Of a stretch of DNA of 64,000 nt, positions 28,403 through 37,700 are shown piece by piece. Numbering within the stretch: position 1 is the stretch's first letter; each line of letters begins with the position of its first letter. Both the position numbers and the translations under genes were made by a program. Location of the stretch: UHGV virus genome UHGV-0385297; one strand, 5' to 3'. A model generated the notes under the pieces. The model saw nothing but the letters and a program-made list of their open reading frames with translations, did no database searches and had not been told where the DNA came from. The stretch comes from a virus.

Positions 28403-28738
28403 ATGACACGATCTTTTATTGAGACACCAACGTTTACATCAAATTGGAATGAATTAGGATTGACTGACGAGGATTTAAGAACTCTTCAAAATGATCTGTT
28501 AGAAAATCCTAAAATGGGTGATGCTATTCCTGGAACTGGCGGAATAAGAAAAATTCGTATTCCAATGGAGAATAAAGGAAAGGGAAAACGTGGTGGCGCA
28601 AGAGTAATATATATTGATGTAGAAATTAAAGAAATAATTTATTTTATCAATGTATATTCTAAAAACGAAAAAGATAATTTAACAGAAGATGAAAAAAAGG
28701 CTTTTAAAGCCTTGGTGAAAATTTTAAAGGAGAGATAA
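28403..28738 (+). CDS. higB: HigB/RelE-family toxin
   Basis: GIRKIRI...GKRGGARVIYIDV...IYFINVYSKNEKDNL follows the RelE/HigB pattern; the toxin gene comes first. Confidence 0.65.
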   Translation: MTRSFIETPTFTSNWNELGLTDEDLRTLQNDLLENPKMGDAIPGTGGIRKIRIPMENKGKGKRGGARVIYIDVEIKEIIYFINVYSKNEKDNLTEDEKKAFKALVKILKER

Positions 28739-28740
28739 AA

Positions 28741-29058
28741 ATGAGTAAATTCTTTGACGAAACAATGCAAGGTTTACTTGAAGCAATTGCAATTGACAAA
28801 GGACAAATTCCAATGAAAAAGGTAGAGGGCTTATCAGCCCCTACCTTACGGGCAGAAAATATAGAAAGTAATTTGATCGATAATATCATTGCATTACGGA
28901 AAGAGAATAATATATCTCAAACGGAATTAGCTGATTTGACCGGAAGTAATCAGCAAACAATTTCACGTTTTGAAAAGAAAGCGCATAGTCCATCATTAGT
29001 TTTATTTGTTAAAATTATTGATGCACTTGGATATGAAATGCAGATTGTGAAAAAATAA
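28741..29058 (+). CDS. higA: HigA-like XRE antitoxin
   Basis: The HTH LRKENNISQTELADLTGSNQQTISRFE sits directly downstream of the toxin. Confidence 0.65.
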   Translation: MSKFFDETMQGLLEAIAIDKGQIPMKKVEGLSAPTLRAENIESNLIDNIIALRKENNISQTELADLTGSNQQTISRFEKKAHSPSLVLFVKIIDALGYEMQIVKK

Positions 29059-29096
29059 TAAAATTCGTGTCATACAAATAAATACAAAAGAGATTA

Positions 29097-29130
29097 TAGC
29101 ATCTATAGAAATATAGGTGCTATTTTTATG
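29097..29130 (+). terminator. Rho-independent terminator
   Basis: ATAGCATCTA..TAGGTGCTAT followed by TTTTTAT. Confidence 0.6.
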
Positions 29131-29163
29131 CTCAAAAATAAGTGAAATCAGGAGGGAAAATAT

Positions 29164-29343
29164 ATGTGTGAATTTATTGTATTTTATAAAACAAGAAGTG
29201 GTAAATACGCAAGAGAAATCAAATTTATTTCTTACAATAAGGCAAAGTCGTTATTCAGTACCTTGAATAGAGATTTTAAGTATCTCATAGGTGTAGACGA
29301 AAATGGAATACATCATACACTATTGAGTGAAATCAGGAGGTAA
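29164..29343 (+). CDS. Small hypothetical protein (59 aa)
   Basis: RBS AGGAGGG. It falls below the track threshold. Confidence 0.45.
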   Translation: MCEFIVFYKTRSGKYAREIKFISYNKAKSLFSTLNRDFKYLIGVDENGIHHTLLSEIRR

Positions 29344-29350
29344 AAGCGAA

Positions 29351-29767
29351 ATGAAAAAAGAAGATTTATTTTTCGGACCATTAATCTGCGGAGCTACATT
29401 AATAGCAGCCAGTGCGTTCTTAATCGGAGCAAGTTTAGGAACTAAACAGGCAGAACGGGATTTATATCCACTGCCTACAGTCGTAACCGAAATTGATCGC
29501 AGTATAGATAAAGTAACTTGTACAGATTACAACGGATATGAGTGGTCATTCTACGGCTGTGAGGATTGGCAAGAGAATGACATCTGTACTCTGCTTATGG
29601 ATTCACGGAAAACAGAGAAAATATATGATGACCGGATTGTACAGACCAGATATTCTGGCAATGTAGAATCCATGGTTGATATGGAAGCTGTAACCGACTT
29701 CCAGGCAAATGATGATTCGCTGTATTTGTACTTGGCAGATGGTACAGGTTACTATTGGGAAAGATAA
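29351..29767 (+). CDS. Membrane-anchored hypothetical protein
   Basis: An N-terminal transmembrane helix (GPLICGATLIAASAFLIGASLG). RBS AGGAGGT. Confidence 0.55.
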   Translation: MKKEDLFFGPLICGATLIAASAFLIGASLGTKQAERDLYPLPTVVTEIDRSIDKVTCTDYNGYEWSFYGCEDWQENDICTLLMDSRKTEKIYDDRIVQTRYSGNVESMVDMEAVTDFQANDDSLYLYLADGTGYYWER

Positions 29768-29787
29768 ATAGAAGGGAGAGTAAACAT

Positions 29788-29946
29788 ATGTGTCAGAAAG
29801 ATTACAAAGAGAAACGGTTTGCAATGACTGCAGCAAAGCAGTTGGGTTATGGAGATACGGTCATAGAACGGATCAGACAAAGCAATTCGCTCTATGAGAT
29901 TGATCGTATCATGAGAACCGCACGGCTTAACATGCCATGGAGATAG
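29788..29946 (+). CDS. Small hypothetical protein
   Basis: RBS GGGAGAG. Confidence 0.4.
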   Translation: MCQKDYKEKRFAMTAAKQLGYGDTVIERIRQSNSLYEIDRIMRTARLNMPWR

Positions 29947-29956
29947 GAGGTAAGAA

Positions 29957-30184
29957 ATGACAAGAGAACCAGAAGTAGTTATGTACTACACACTTGAAGA
30001 AGCTAAAAGATTGATCCGCCGTGAGGATGTACGGAAACGCAAACGGTTTTGGCGCAGTGCTAAACAGAAATTTGTAGGTGCTGCGCTGATTATGGTTGTA
30101 GCATTTACTGGTGAGATTGCAGCTATGGTGTTCGCTGTGATGTTAGGTTTGTACTTGATCTTTACAAAAGAAAGATGGATGTAA
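29957..30184 (+). CDS. Small membrane protein
   Basis: A C-terminal transmembrane helix (AALIMVVAFTGEIAAMVFAVMLGLYLIF). Confidence 0.5.
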   Translation: MTREPEVVMYYTLEEAKRLIRREDVRKRKRFWRSAKQKFVGAALIMVVAFTGEIAAMVFAVMLGLYLIFTKERWM

Positions 30185-30215
30185 GCGGTTCATAAATTTG
30201 AGCCGCTATTTTTAT
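30184..30215 (+). terminator. Rho-independent terminator
   Basis: AGCGGTTCA..TGAGCCGCT followed by ATTTTTA. Confidence 0.6.
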
Positions 30216-30256
30216 ACCCAAAATAAAAAAATCAAAGAGAAAAAGGAGAAAATATT

Positions 30257-31384
30257 ATGTGTAGAATTGATGGAAAGAAACTTACTGTATTAAGAAAATC
30301 TCAGAAAATGAGCCAGGAGGATTTAGCAAAGAAAAGTGGTTTAAGTAGGAGTGCCATAGGTAATTATGAAACTGGAAGATTTAATGCAAGTGATGAGGCA
30401 TTGGATATGATTGCACAGGCTTTAGGTGTTGAATCAAAAGAACTTGATAAAGATTTTATCCAGCTTGGAAAAGCTGTTATAGAAGGTAAAAATGATTCTC
30501 ACCATATCCATAACACAGATAAGCGGTATTTAACTCCACAGGAAACTCAGGAAATCCTTGATAAATTACGGTCTTATAGTGACAATGTGTCACTTGAAGA
30601 AGCGAAACGAGCATTGACAAAAGCAAACCAGTCTACAGTAGGCAATAAGGTATATGCGGTTGTAGCGATTAAAGGATTAAATATTCCTGTATGGCAGAGA
30701 AATACAGACAAAGAGAAATGCTTAGAAATCAGCCAGAAATATGATGAAAACAAATATGATCCAATTAAAGTATATGCTTTCAATGAAAAGTTATACGTAG
30801 CTGATGGAGCGCATAGATTAATTGCTTACATCATGCGAGGAGAAGAATATATTCTGGTTGAACTTATGGATATTGAAACGGAAATTGAAGCAGCTCATAC
30901 GTTCTTATTACAGAGTTTAGGCAGACGGAGAATGTCTCAGAATGATATGTGGAGAGCTGCTATTAAAGCCGGATTAGTCCAGTACGAAACATTACGGAAA
31001 ATTGCTATTAAAAATAAAATCCAGATTAAGGCAGATCTTAAGACGATTAAGAACCCTGTCGGAACTATCAATGCAGTATCAGGGAAAATGTTACGGATTG
31101 CGCATAGTGACCCTGATGTATTAGAGAAAGTGTTCGCTCTTATTAAAACACTTGGTTGGAATGCATCTGATACAAGTCCATACAAAACTTATATCCTGTG
31201 TACTTTGAAAAATATGTACGCAAATTTCAGCGAAAGAGAGAATGAATTAGAGAAGTTGATGATGGAAAACTGTATGGGTGCAACCTATTTTGAAGAGAAA
31301 GTTGCAACTGTAAATACACAGACAAGACTGTATGACGTTTTAATGGAAGATATTTCCAAAAATGCAGAAAAGAAAACTGCATAA
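30257..31384 (+). CDS. XRE-HTH fused to a ParB/sulfiredoxin-like domain
   Basis: An N-terminal HTH (LSRSAIGNYETG) and a central region KLYVADGAHRLIAYIMRGEEYILV that resembles the ParB N-terminal GxxRxxA box. The gene stands alone between a terminator and a hairpin. Confidence 0.6.
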   Translation: MCRIDGKKLTVLRKSQKMSQEDLAKKSGLSRSAIGNYETGRFNASDEALDMIAQALGVESKELDKDFIQLGKAVIEGKNDSHHIHNTDKRYLTPQETQEILDKLRSYSDNVSLEEAKRALTKANQSTVGNKVYAVVAIKGLNIPVWQRNTDKEKCLEISQKYDENKYDPIKVYAFNEKLYVADGAHRLIAYIMRGEEYILVELMDIETEIEAAHTFLLQSLGRRRMSQNDMWRAAIKAGLVQYETLRKIAIKNKIQIKADLKTIKNPVGTINAVSGKMLRIAHSDPDVLEKVFALIKTLGWNASDTSPYKTYILCTLKNMYANFSERENELEKLMMENCMGATYFEEKVATVNTQTRLYDVLMEDISKNAEKKTA

Positions 31385-31485
31385 ACATAATATTCAAAAG
31401 AAATATACATAGTTAGACTTTGCGGGCAAGGCAACTTGTCCGTGAAAATGTAATCATGTAAATGCAAATTCAAGGAGGAACATAT

Positions 31486-31746
31486 ATGAAAACAACAGTT
31501 ACTTATCAGAACGTAGGAATGGTTAGTATGAGAGCAAGAAAGAAAATCGGTTTTGAAAAACCGGTTCTTTTATGGGTATCTTATGAACCGGTAATTGAAA
31601 ATGAAAACAGAGTTATAAAAATCAATCTTAGAGGACTGGAAAATCCATTACCATTCAATTCTCTCAAGACTGATACATACGGAACTGGCAGGTTACATCA
31701 ATGGTTAGAAGATCATGGATGGAAACTAATCGGTCAGTTTAGATAG
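31486..31746 (+). CDS. Hypothetical protein
   Basis: RBS AAGGAGGAACATATATG. Confidence 0.5.
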   Translation: MKTTVTYQNVGMVSMRARKKIGFEKPVLLWVSYEPVIENENRVIKINLRGLENPLPFNSLKTDTYGTGRLHQWLEDHGWKLIGQFR

Positions 31747-31760
31747 GTAATCAGATAATG

Positions 31761-31860
31761 TACTCAATCATAGGTGCAAATGAACGGTAGAAACCTCTTA
31801 GTCGAAGGTACGTTTTTCTCAGAAAGCGAAATTGATTGAGTACATTAATGTGATTATGTA
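31761..31860 (+). other. Structured element with a 14-bp long-range inverted repeat
   Basis: AATGTACTCAATCA, 65 nt of sequence, then TGATTGAGTACATT. The enclosed stretch has its own small hairpins. It lies in the 5' region of the HicA-like gene. Confidence 0.5.
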
Positions 31861-31894
31861 TCACGAAAAATAAAAGCGAAAGGAGAATAAGTGT

Positions 31895-32107
31895 ATGTGT
31901 AACAAAGTAAAAATGGCACCTGTATCTAAGGTAAACTTTAGGCAGGCTTTACGAGGGCATGGCTATGTACTTGACCGAACTAATGGCGGTCACGAGACCT
32001 GGAAAAAAGTAGTCACTAAGACTTGTACGATTCCAAGTCACGGAACGGATATTTCAGCACCATTAGCGAAACGGTTAAGCAAGGAACATGATTTAGATTT
32101 ATTTTAA
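31895..32107 (+). CDS. HicA-like toxin (orphan)
   Basis: FRQALRGHGYVLDRTNGGHETWKK...TIPSHGTDISAPLAKRLSKE parallels the confirmed HicA at 54714. Confidence 0.55.
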   Translation: MCNKVKMAPVSKVNFRQALRGHGYVLDRTNGGHETWKKVVTKTCTIPSHGTDISAPLAKRLSKEHDLDLF

Positions 32108-32120
32108 GGAGGGAAAAGAA

Positions 32121-32519
32121 ATGGCAGATTACAAAGTACGGTTAGTTGCTGGGCGGTATTGTCTGGCAGAAACAAAAAATAATTGGATTGTAGGTTGCGG
32201 TTATAATCCAGACAGACCAGAAGGACAGCAGTGGGAGCAGGGTAAATATTTCTCTAAGGCAAATGGTTTAACTGGTCTCTTAAGTTTACACGAAGCAACG
32301 GAATATATGTATAGTCGTCTGGACGAAAACTACATTCCAAGGGAAAGGTTAATCGAATTGGCAACACGGTTTAAGGACTGTGCCAATGGAGATGAGGATC
32401 TTGAGTATGTAAAAGATGATATGGAAGACAACGAGCTTAAATTCTTTGAGATGGATGAGAAAACAACAGAAGATATGGAAATTGATGATGATATCTTGTT
32501 AGAGGAGAATGATTTATGA
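32121..32519 (+). CDS. Hypothetical acidic protein (not HicB-like)
   Basis: It lies immediately downstream of the HicA-like gene and has a D/E-rich tail. Confidence 0.5.
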   Translation: MADYKVRLVAGRYCLAETKNNWIVGCGYNPDRPEGQQWEQGKYFSKANGLTGLLSLHEATEYMYSRLDENYIPRERLIELATRFKDCANGDEDLEYVKDDMEDNELKFFEMDEKTTEDMEIDDDILLEENDL

Positions 32520-32791
32520 TGCCTACATATTCATTAATCAATTATTTTGATGTATGGGGAAATGCAAAAGATGGTTGGGAAGTCAATAATCTCTGTACAG
32601 AGAAAACTGGGATCACCATTACTGATGATGCGACCGATAAAGAGATTTTAGATTATCTTGTGCAGATTGGTTTTCTCGCTACATCTGATATGCGAAAGGT
32701 AAAAATAGATACTACTGACGGTGACATGATGGAAATTTACGCAGTTAAAGGTATGCAGCCTTTAGGCAGATTGCAGAGGGAATGGAAATGA
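32516..32791 (+). CDS. Hypothetical protein
   Basis: An ATGA start overlap. Confidence 0.5.
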   Translation: MMPTYSLINYFDVWGNAKDGWEVNNLCTEKTGITITDDATDKEILDYLVQIGFLATSDMRKVKIDTTDGDMMEIYAVKGMQPLGRLQREWK

Positions 32792-32928
32792 AAAAGAAAC
32801 CACGGTGGAAAGATTTACCTTTTGATGAACGGATGGATAAGAAGTTAAAACAGCGGGGATTATCCGAAGAAACACGAGAAAGGGTAAAACAGAAAATTAA
32901 AAAACGGAAACAATTAGTAGAAGCATAA
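32788..32928 (+). CDS. Small basic protein (46 aa)
   Basis: An ATGA start overlap; lysine and arginine rich. Confidence 0.35.
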   Translation: MKKKPRWKDLPFDERMDKKLKQRGLSEETRERVKQKIKKRKQLVEA

Positions 32929-32961
32929 AATTCGTGTTTCATTAGATTAGAGGTAAGAGAA

Positions 32962-33186
32962 ATGAATAATATTTTTGTGATTGATAAAACAACAAAATGC
33001 AATTTAGGAGTCCTTGATTTCACACCACGGATAGATGACAGGATTTCTATGAAAGCATCTGAAGGGAAAGAAATAGAAGTAGTAGTTGAGTGTGTATTAT
33101 ATGAGCCATTGGAACATGCAACATTGGTTTTTGTAAACATTGTCGAACCATATTACACAGCGTTAGTAAAAGCAATTAAATGGTAA
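32962..33186 (+). CDS. Hypothetical protein
   Basis: RBS AGAGGTAAGAG. Confidence 0.5.
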   Translation: MNNIFVIDKTTKCNLGVLDFTPRIDDRISMKASEGKEIEVVVECVLYEPLEHATLVFVNIVEPYYTALVKAIKW

Positions 33187-33257
33187 TAAAATTCGCATTT
33201 CATTAGAAAAAGGAAACAAATATGTATAGAGGATTCATTTGAAGATAGGAGGATATT

Positions 33258-33608
33258 ATGAATCTATATGATGGTTGCGAATCAAATAAGGAAATCATTT
33301 ATGGTTTTACTTCACTTGATTTTTACGATAAATTAGAAAAGCGACAAAATGAAATTTTATCACAAGGAAAGAAAGTTGTGTTTGTAGAATCAAATACAAG
33401 TGTTCATGCAGGTGCAAGAGTTGTTATATATTCTGATAAAATTCCTGAAATCATGCAGAATTATAAAAACAGATACGTCAAAATCAATGGAAAATGGACA
33501 AGAAATAGTCTTCTTGGATATTGCGATCGCTGTGGAAAGTATACAGAACTTATTTGTTTGAGCGATAAAGGAAGAACATGTGAAAATTGTTCAGACTGGG
33601 ATTTCTAA
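33258..33608 (+). CDS. Hypothetical protein with a C-terminal zinc ribbon
   Basis: CDRCG...CENC. RBS AGGAGGA. Confidence 0.55.
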   Translation: MNLYDGCESNKEIIYGFTSLDFYDKLEKRQNEILSQGKKVVFVESNTSVHAGARVVIYSDKIPEIMQNYKNRYVKINGKWTRNSLLGYCDRCGKYTELICLSDKGRTCENCSDWDF

Positions 33609-33644
33609 TAAATCTAAGATTTCTTTGAAAGGAGCGGAGCGAAA

Positions 33645-33860
33645 ATGACAAGTGTTGAAAAGTCAAAAGAAGATGCACGGAACTTAAATGAACTTATGGA
33701 TCATCTGATTAAGCTGATCGAATCGGATGACATGCGGTTCTCATTTGAATTTTGTGCAGGCGGTATAATGGGAATTTATGACAAAGAAAAAGCAATCGGT
33801 TATGCCGTTCACATTGCACCGATTGAATATGACGAAGATGGAAACGCAACAAATTTATAA
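33645..33860 (+). CDS. Hypothetical protein
   Basis: RBS AAAGGAGCGGAG. Confidence 0.5.
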   Translation: MTSVEKSKEDARNLNELMDHLIKLIESDDMRFSFEFCAGGIMGIYDKEKAIGYAVHIAPIEYDEDGNATNL

Positions 33861-33872
33861 GCAACCGCAAAG

Positions 33873-33910
33873 GCAGTTAGGAGAATAAATACCTAGCTGC
33901 TTATTTTATT
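33873..33910 (+). terminator. Rho-independent terminator
   Basis: GCAGTTAGG..CCTAGCTGC followed by TTATTTTATT. Confidence 0.6.
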
Positions 33911-33927
33911 ACAAGGAGGAATGAATT

Positions 33928-34338
33928 ATGTATGATTTTACAAAAAACGAAATGGAAATTGTTAAAGACAACTTGATGTCATTTATTGCAAACTTTGGTA
34001 AACCACGGATTAAGCGTGGAGATGATGGCGAAAGTTTCTATGTATTCACTGATGATTCAGATTCATGGAGACATTATTGTTATAACATTGATTATCTGAA
34101 TGGATGGTTATACGGATGTGTGCAAGCAGTTTGTGGAAATCCAAAGCGAGATAAAGAAATGAGAGAAATGTGTGATAGTGCAGGTTTTAGAGAAAGATAT
34201 GCAATCTTGTATGGTGAAAGAGGAGTGAAAAATATTAGTGGTCATAAATGCTATGTATTCACATACTCAGAAGATGACGAATACCAGGATGCAAACGGAG
34301 CACTTTATGACACAGTAACAAAAAGTTGGAGAGGTTAG
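33928..34338 (+). CDS. Hypothetical protein
   Basis: RBS AAGGAGGAATG. Confidence 0.55.
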   Translation: MYDFTKNEMEIVKDNLMSFIANFGKPRIKRGDDGESFYVFTDDSDSWRHYCYNIDYLNGWLYGCVQAVCGNPKRDKEMREMCDSAGFRERYAILYGERGVKNISGHKCYVFTYSEDDEYQDANGALYDTVTKSWRG

Positions 34339-34356
34339 AAAGGTTGGTTGATTAGT

Positions 34357-34761
34357 ATGAAATATGTTCCGAGAAATGAATATTTTGATTTGATTAGAAA
34401 ACTTGGTGTAAAGAAAACAGAAAGTGAATATGAGATTACAGATTTAGATTTATCTGTATATCCATTAAATGAAGATACAAAACGGATTGCAAATGTAAAC
34501 TTTATGGAAGAGACAAAAGATAAAAACGGGAATTATATGCTAAGTGGGCATTGGATGTCTGATTTAAGTTATCAGTTCGCAAAGAAATGTAAATTTGATT
34601 TAGTTCAGGTAGATGGATATAGTTCGTATGCTTATTCGGATGAACAGATGGCTGTGTTTACATATACGGAGGGTGATATTTATCTCACATTGTTTACTGA
34701 TAAAGCGAAATATGAAGCTGAAAAGGAAAGAACGATTAAATTTTATGAGGAGAAATATTGA
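34357..34761 (+). CDS. Hypothetical protein (MISMKY N-terminus shared with 35093)
   Basis: The start context TTGATTAGTATGAAATAT is duplicated at 35093. Confidence 0.5.
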   Translation: MKYVPRNEYFDLIRKLGVKKTESEYEITDLDLSVYPLNEDTKRIANVNFMEETKDKNGNYMLSGHWMSDLSYQFAKKCKFDLVQVDGYSSYAYSDEQMAVFTYTEGDIYLTLFTDKAKYEAEKERTIKFYEEKY

Positions 34762-34762
34762 T

Positions 34763-34924
34763 ATGAAAAAGAATACGGAATTATGTATAAGAGACAAAAA
34801 TGGATATATTGTAGGCTGGGAAGCTGGGTATTCAGATGATGAATTAAAACAATTGCTAGAGCGACATAAAGACGAAGGATGGCATATAAGTTATGCAGAA
34901 TATACAGAAGGAGGATTACGATAA
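34763..34924 (+). CDS. Small hypothetical protein
   Basis: RBS GAGGAGAAATATTGATATG. Confidence 0.45.
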   Translation: MKKNTELCIRDKNGYIVGWEAGYSDDELKQLLERHKDEGWHISYAEYTEGGLR

Positions 34925-35103
34925 TGGCTTATAAAAGAAAAACAAAGGATTGTTATGCAATCGAAGGGAATTGTGGTTACGGATGGGATATTGAATGTAA
35001 TTGTGAAGATAGAGCAGATGCAAAAGCACAGTTGAAGACATACAGAGAAAATGTAAATTATCCTGTGCGAATTAAGAAATGGAGAGAAAGGATTGATGAT
35101 TAG
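34924..35103 (+). CDS. Small Cys-rich protein
   Basis: RBS GAAGGAGG. The start overlaps the previous stop (TAATGG). Confidence 0.45.
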   Translation: MAYKRKTKDCYAIEGNCGYGWDIECNCEDRADAKAQLKTYRENVNYPVRIKKWRERIDD

Positions 35104-36064
35104 TATGAAATATACAATAGACACATTAAGAGAGATTAACGCAAGATTTTGTGGTTCGCATATACTTATGAATTACGATGTAGATAAGGCAAATATGTAT
35201 GTCGAACTTATAAAAAATACACGATCTGAAAAGACTCCAAGTGTAGGTGATTGCGTTAGATATACAAATGAATATGGAGATTACTATGGAGCAGCTCATA
35301 TTGAAAAAGCAGATGCGAATGAAGTTTATATCTGTGAACAACCATATACACCTTTTGTTTATGAATATGAAGGCAGAATCAGTTGTAATACAAGTGGTGG
35401 AGCATGGACACATTTACCAACAAGAGAACTGAAATATATAGGTAAAATTGAAAAGAGATTTTGTGATTGGGGTAATTGTGGAGGCTGTGCAGATGGTGCT
35501 ATTGATTTTATAGCAGAAGTAAGTTTATGGGAATATGTAGATAGTAAAAATCCTTTTGTAAGTGAAAATGGATATAAGTTCACAACAAAGGATTTTGATA
35601 AACAGTATATATCATTCAATCCTAAAGATGATTCACCTTATGTATATTTTGGAGAAGGTTGTGTCTGGAAAAGTAAAACAGATTTATATGCTTATCTGAG
35701 AACATATAGAGCAGAAATTTTCAAAGGACATTGGCAGAATCAGTTCATTGTGTGGACTTGGAAAGAGAAACAGCATCATATATCACCAACGGAATTTGAT
35801 AGTCTTAAATTAGAAGAAGATACATTCCTGATGAATGGTGACATCATGAGATGTAAAAGAAAATATGATGAAATTACCCATACTGTACACACATATTATG
35901 TTTGGTATTGGGACGATCCAACTAAAGACTTCTTTGAGGCAAGTGCAGAACAGAATAAAATAAGAGAAAAATATTATACACTTGATAGAAAAATTCCAAC
36001 ATATATTGTTGCAAGAGAAGAATTAAAGTCTGGAATTGAAATTCCAAAACATAAGGAGGTGTAA
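35093..36064 (+). CDS. Hypothetical protein (323 aa)
   Basis: A long ORF that is Cys-rich in places (CDWGNCGGCADGAIDF). Confidence 0.55.
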   Translation: MMISMKYTIDTLREINARFCGSHILMNYDVDKANMYVELIKNTRSEKTPSVGDCVRYTNEYGDYYGAAHIEKADANEVYICEQPYTPFVYEYEGRISCNTSGGAWTHLPTRELKYIGKIEKRFCDWGNCGGCADGAIDFIAEVSLWEYVDSKNPFVSENGYKFTTKDFDKQYISFNPKDDSPYVYFGEGCVWKSKTDLYAYLRTYRAEIFKGHWQNQFIVWTWKEKQHHISPTEFDSLKLEEDTFLMNGDIMRCKRKYDEITHTVHTYYVWYWDDPTKDFFEASAEQNKIREKYYTLDRKIPTYIVAREELKSGIEIPKHKEV

Positions 36065-36068
36065 TAGT

Positions 36069-36434
36069 ATGCAAATTCTTGATAAAGCCATTACACCAGA
36101 TGGAATAGAAATTGAGCTTAGAGATTTAAGTGGAAAACATAAACTGCCAGATTATAACGGATTGGTAATTGTCTTTCGTACAATTGCAAAGAAAACATTT
36201 CCACCTAATCTTGGATGGTATGCAAAAAAAGGCAAAGAATTTCGGTCATGTATTTGTTGCTATAAAAATTATACATCAGATATGTTAAAGGCAGATTATG
36301 AGAAATTAAAAAATGGTACAAAAACTCTTGCAGATTTGAAATCATATTTTTGGAATGGAAATAGAGATTGTTATGTACTTGGGTTGGAATGGAGTAAAAG
36401 TTATGCTGAAAACATTAAAGGAAATGTTAATTGA
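36069..36434 (+). CDS. Hypothetical protein
   Basis: RBS AAGGAGGTG. Confidence 0.5.
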   Translation: MQILDKAITPDGIEIELRDLSGKHKLPDYNGLVIVFRTIAKKTFPPNLGWYAKKGKEFRSCICCYKNYTSDMLKADYEKLKNGTKTLADLKSYFWNGNRDCYVLGLEWSKSYAENIKGNVN

Positions 36435-36636
36435 AGCGGGTTATCCTGAAAGCGAAATGTATCATCCTTCGTATGGATCTGATTTGTATGTATATGTAAC
36501 ACCGCTTACAACAAAGGTAATTGAAGAATGGTGTAAGGCACATGATTACAGAATGGCTTGGCATTGTCCTACATTTAAAGACCAGATAACAGGCAAAATG
36601 ATGTATGATTGTGCATTTCAGTGGTATGAAAATTAG
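36403..36636 (+). CDS. Hypothetical protein
   Basis: A GGAG RBS; it overlaps the previous gene's 3' end. Confidence 0.45.
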   Translation: MLKTLKEMLIEAGYPESEMYHPSYGSDLYVYVTPLTTKVIEEWCKAHDYRMAWHCPTFKDQITGKMMYDCAFQWYEN

Positions 36637-36689
36637 CAGATAGGAGCGTGATTATATGGCATATTAAGATTTAAGTGAAAGGAAGAACC

Positions 36690-37160
36690 ATGATGAATTT
36701 GCAGGTACTTGAAACGGTAAAAACTGAATATATAAAACTCAGAGATAAATACCAGAAGAAAGCAATAAAAGAGCGTGAAAAAGTAAACGATGTGTATGTG
36801 ATGGTATGTGGAGAGAAATGTTATACAGAATCAGAAATAAATGAGTGGTATGCATGTGACTATATTACTTGTGAGCAGTCGAATAAATTCATTGAAAAAC
36901 TCAATAAGAAAAAAGCCACAGCAGGAGAAATGAAAAACTCAATGACAGAGAGCGAAATGATTTGCAGAATCATAGATAATAGCATTTCAAATCTGAATCA
37001 GGAAGTTCATGATATCAAGGTAAAGCAGAAACGGGAAGCAGAAAAAGAAGAACGGTGGAAAATAGCACAAGCCCAGGGATGTTCCTACAGGGAGTTTTTA
37101 GAGTTGGAAGAAGTAAACAGAAGATCAGAGGAATATGAGAAGCTTATGGGCTTAAACTGA
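36690..37160 (+). CDS. Hypothetical protein
   Basis: RBS AAAGGAAG. Confidence 0.5.
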   Translation: MMNLQVLETVKTEYIKLRDKYQKKAIKEREKVNDVYVMVCGEKCYTESEINEWYACDYITCEQSNKFIEKLNKKKATAGEMKNSMTESEMICRIIDNSISNLNQEVHDIKVKQKREAEKEERWKIAQAQGCSYREFLELEEVNRRSEEYEKLMGLN

Positions 37161-37182
37161 AAGTTAAGATTTGGAGATAGAG

Positions 37183-37368
37183 ATGCAGAAGAAAGATACA
37201 TACACCAGAGAAGAAGTAATTGAGATGTTGACAGAGATGCAAAAAGAAACAGCACACACTAATGGATTTTTCGCCGGACACGTCACTCAGTTATGGGTTA
37301 TCAGAACCATGCTTGGTAAGAGAATTGCGGAACTGGGCGGCGAAGGCATCCAGGTCACAATCGTATAG
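37183..37368 (+). CDS. Small hypothetical protein
   Basis: A GGAG RBS. Confidence 0.4.
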   Translation: MQKKDTYTREEVIEMLTEMQKETAHTNGFFAGHVTQLWVIRTMLGKRIAELGGEGIQVTIV

Positions 37369-37436
37369 ATGGAATTTGAATTGTAGTAAATTATAATTTT
37401 CGCCATAAAAGTAAAATAGAAAATCGAGGGAAAAGT

Positions 37437-37658
37437 ATGAATAAAACTATTGAAATTACACCGAAACTAGAAAAAAGGATAGTTGATTTTTGTGATGATG
37501 AACTTAATTATCATATCAATGAGTGTGCATATGGTTGCATTGAATACAAAAATGAGATTCTGGCACAATTACAACTGCTAAATCTTTTAGGTTATACGGA
37601 AATGAGTAATGAATACAAAAGACAATACAAAGAATGTTTGGCAGAAAATCATAAATGA
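37437..37658 (+). CDS. Hypothetical protein
   Basis: A GAGGGAAAAG RBS. Confidence 0.5.
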   Translation: MNKTIEITPKLEKRIVDFCDDELNYHINECAYGCIEYKNEILAQLQLLNLLGYTEMSNEYKRQYKECLAENHK

Positions 37659-37700
37659 TTTTAGATACATTGAAATTGTAATTTCTTAGGAGGTAAACAA

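Noticed and set aside
31761-31860. Retron msr/msd ncRNA (a1/a2-like inverted repeats)
   Set aside because: The enclosed segment is only ~65 nt, and no reverse transcriptase gene follows.
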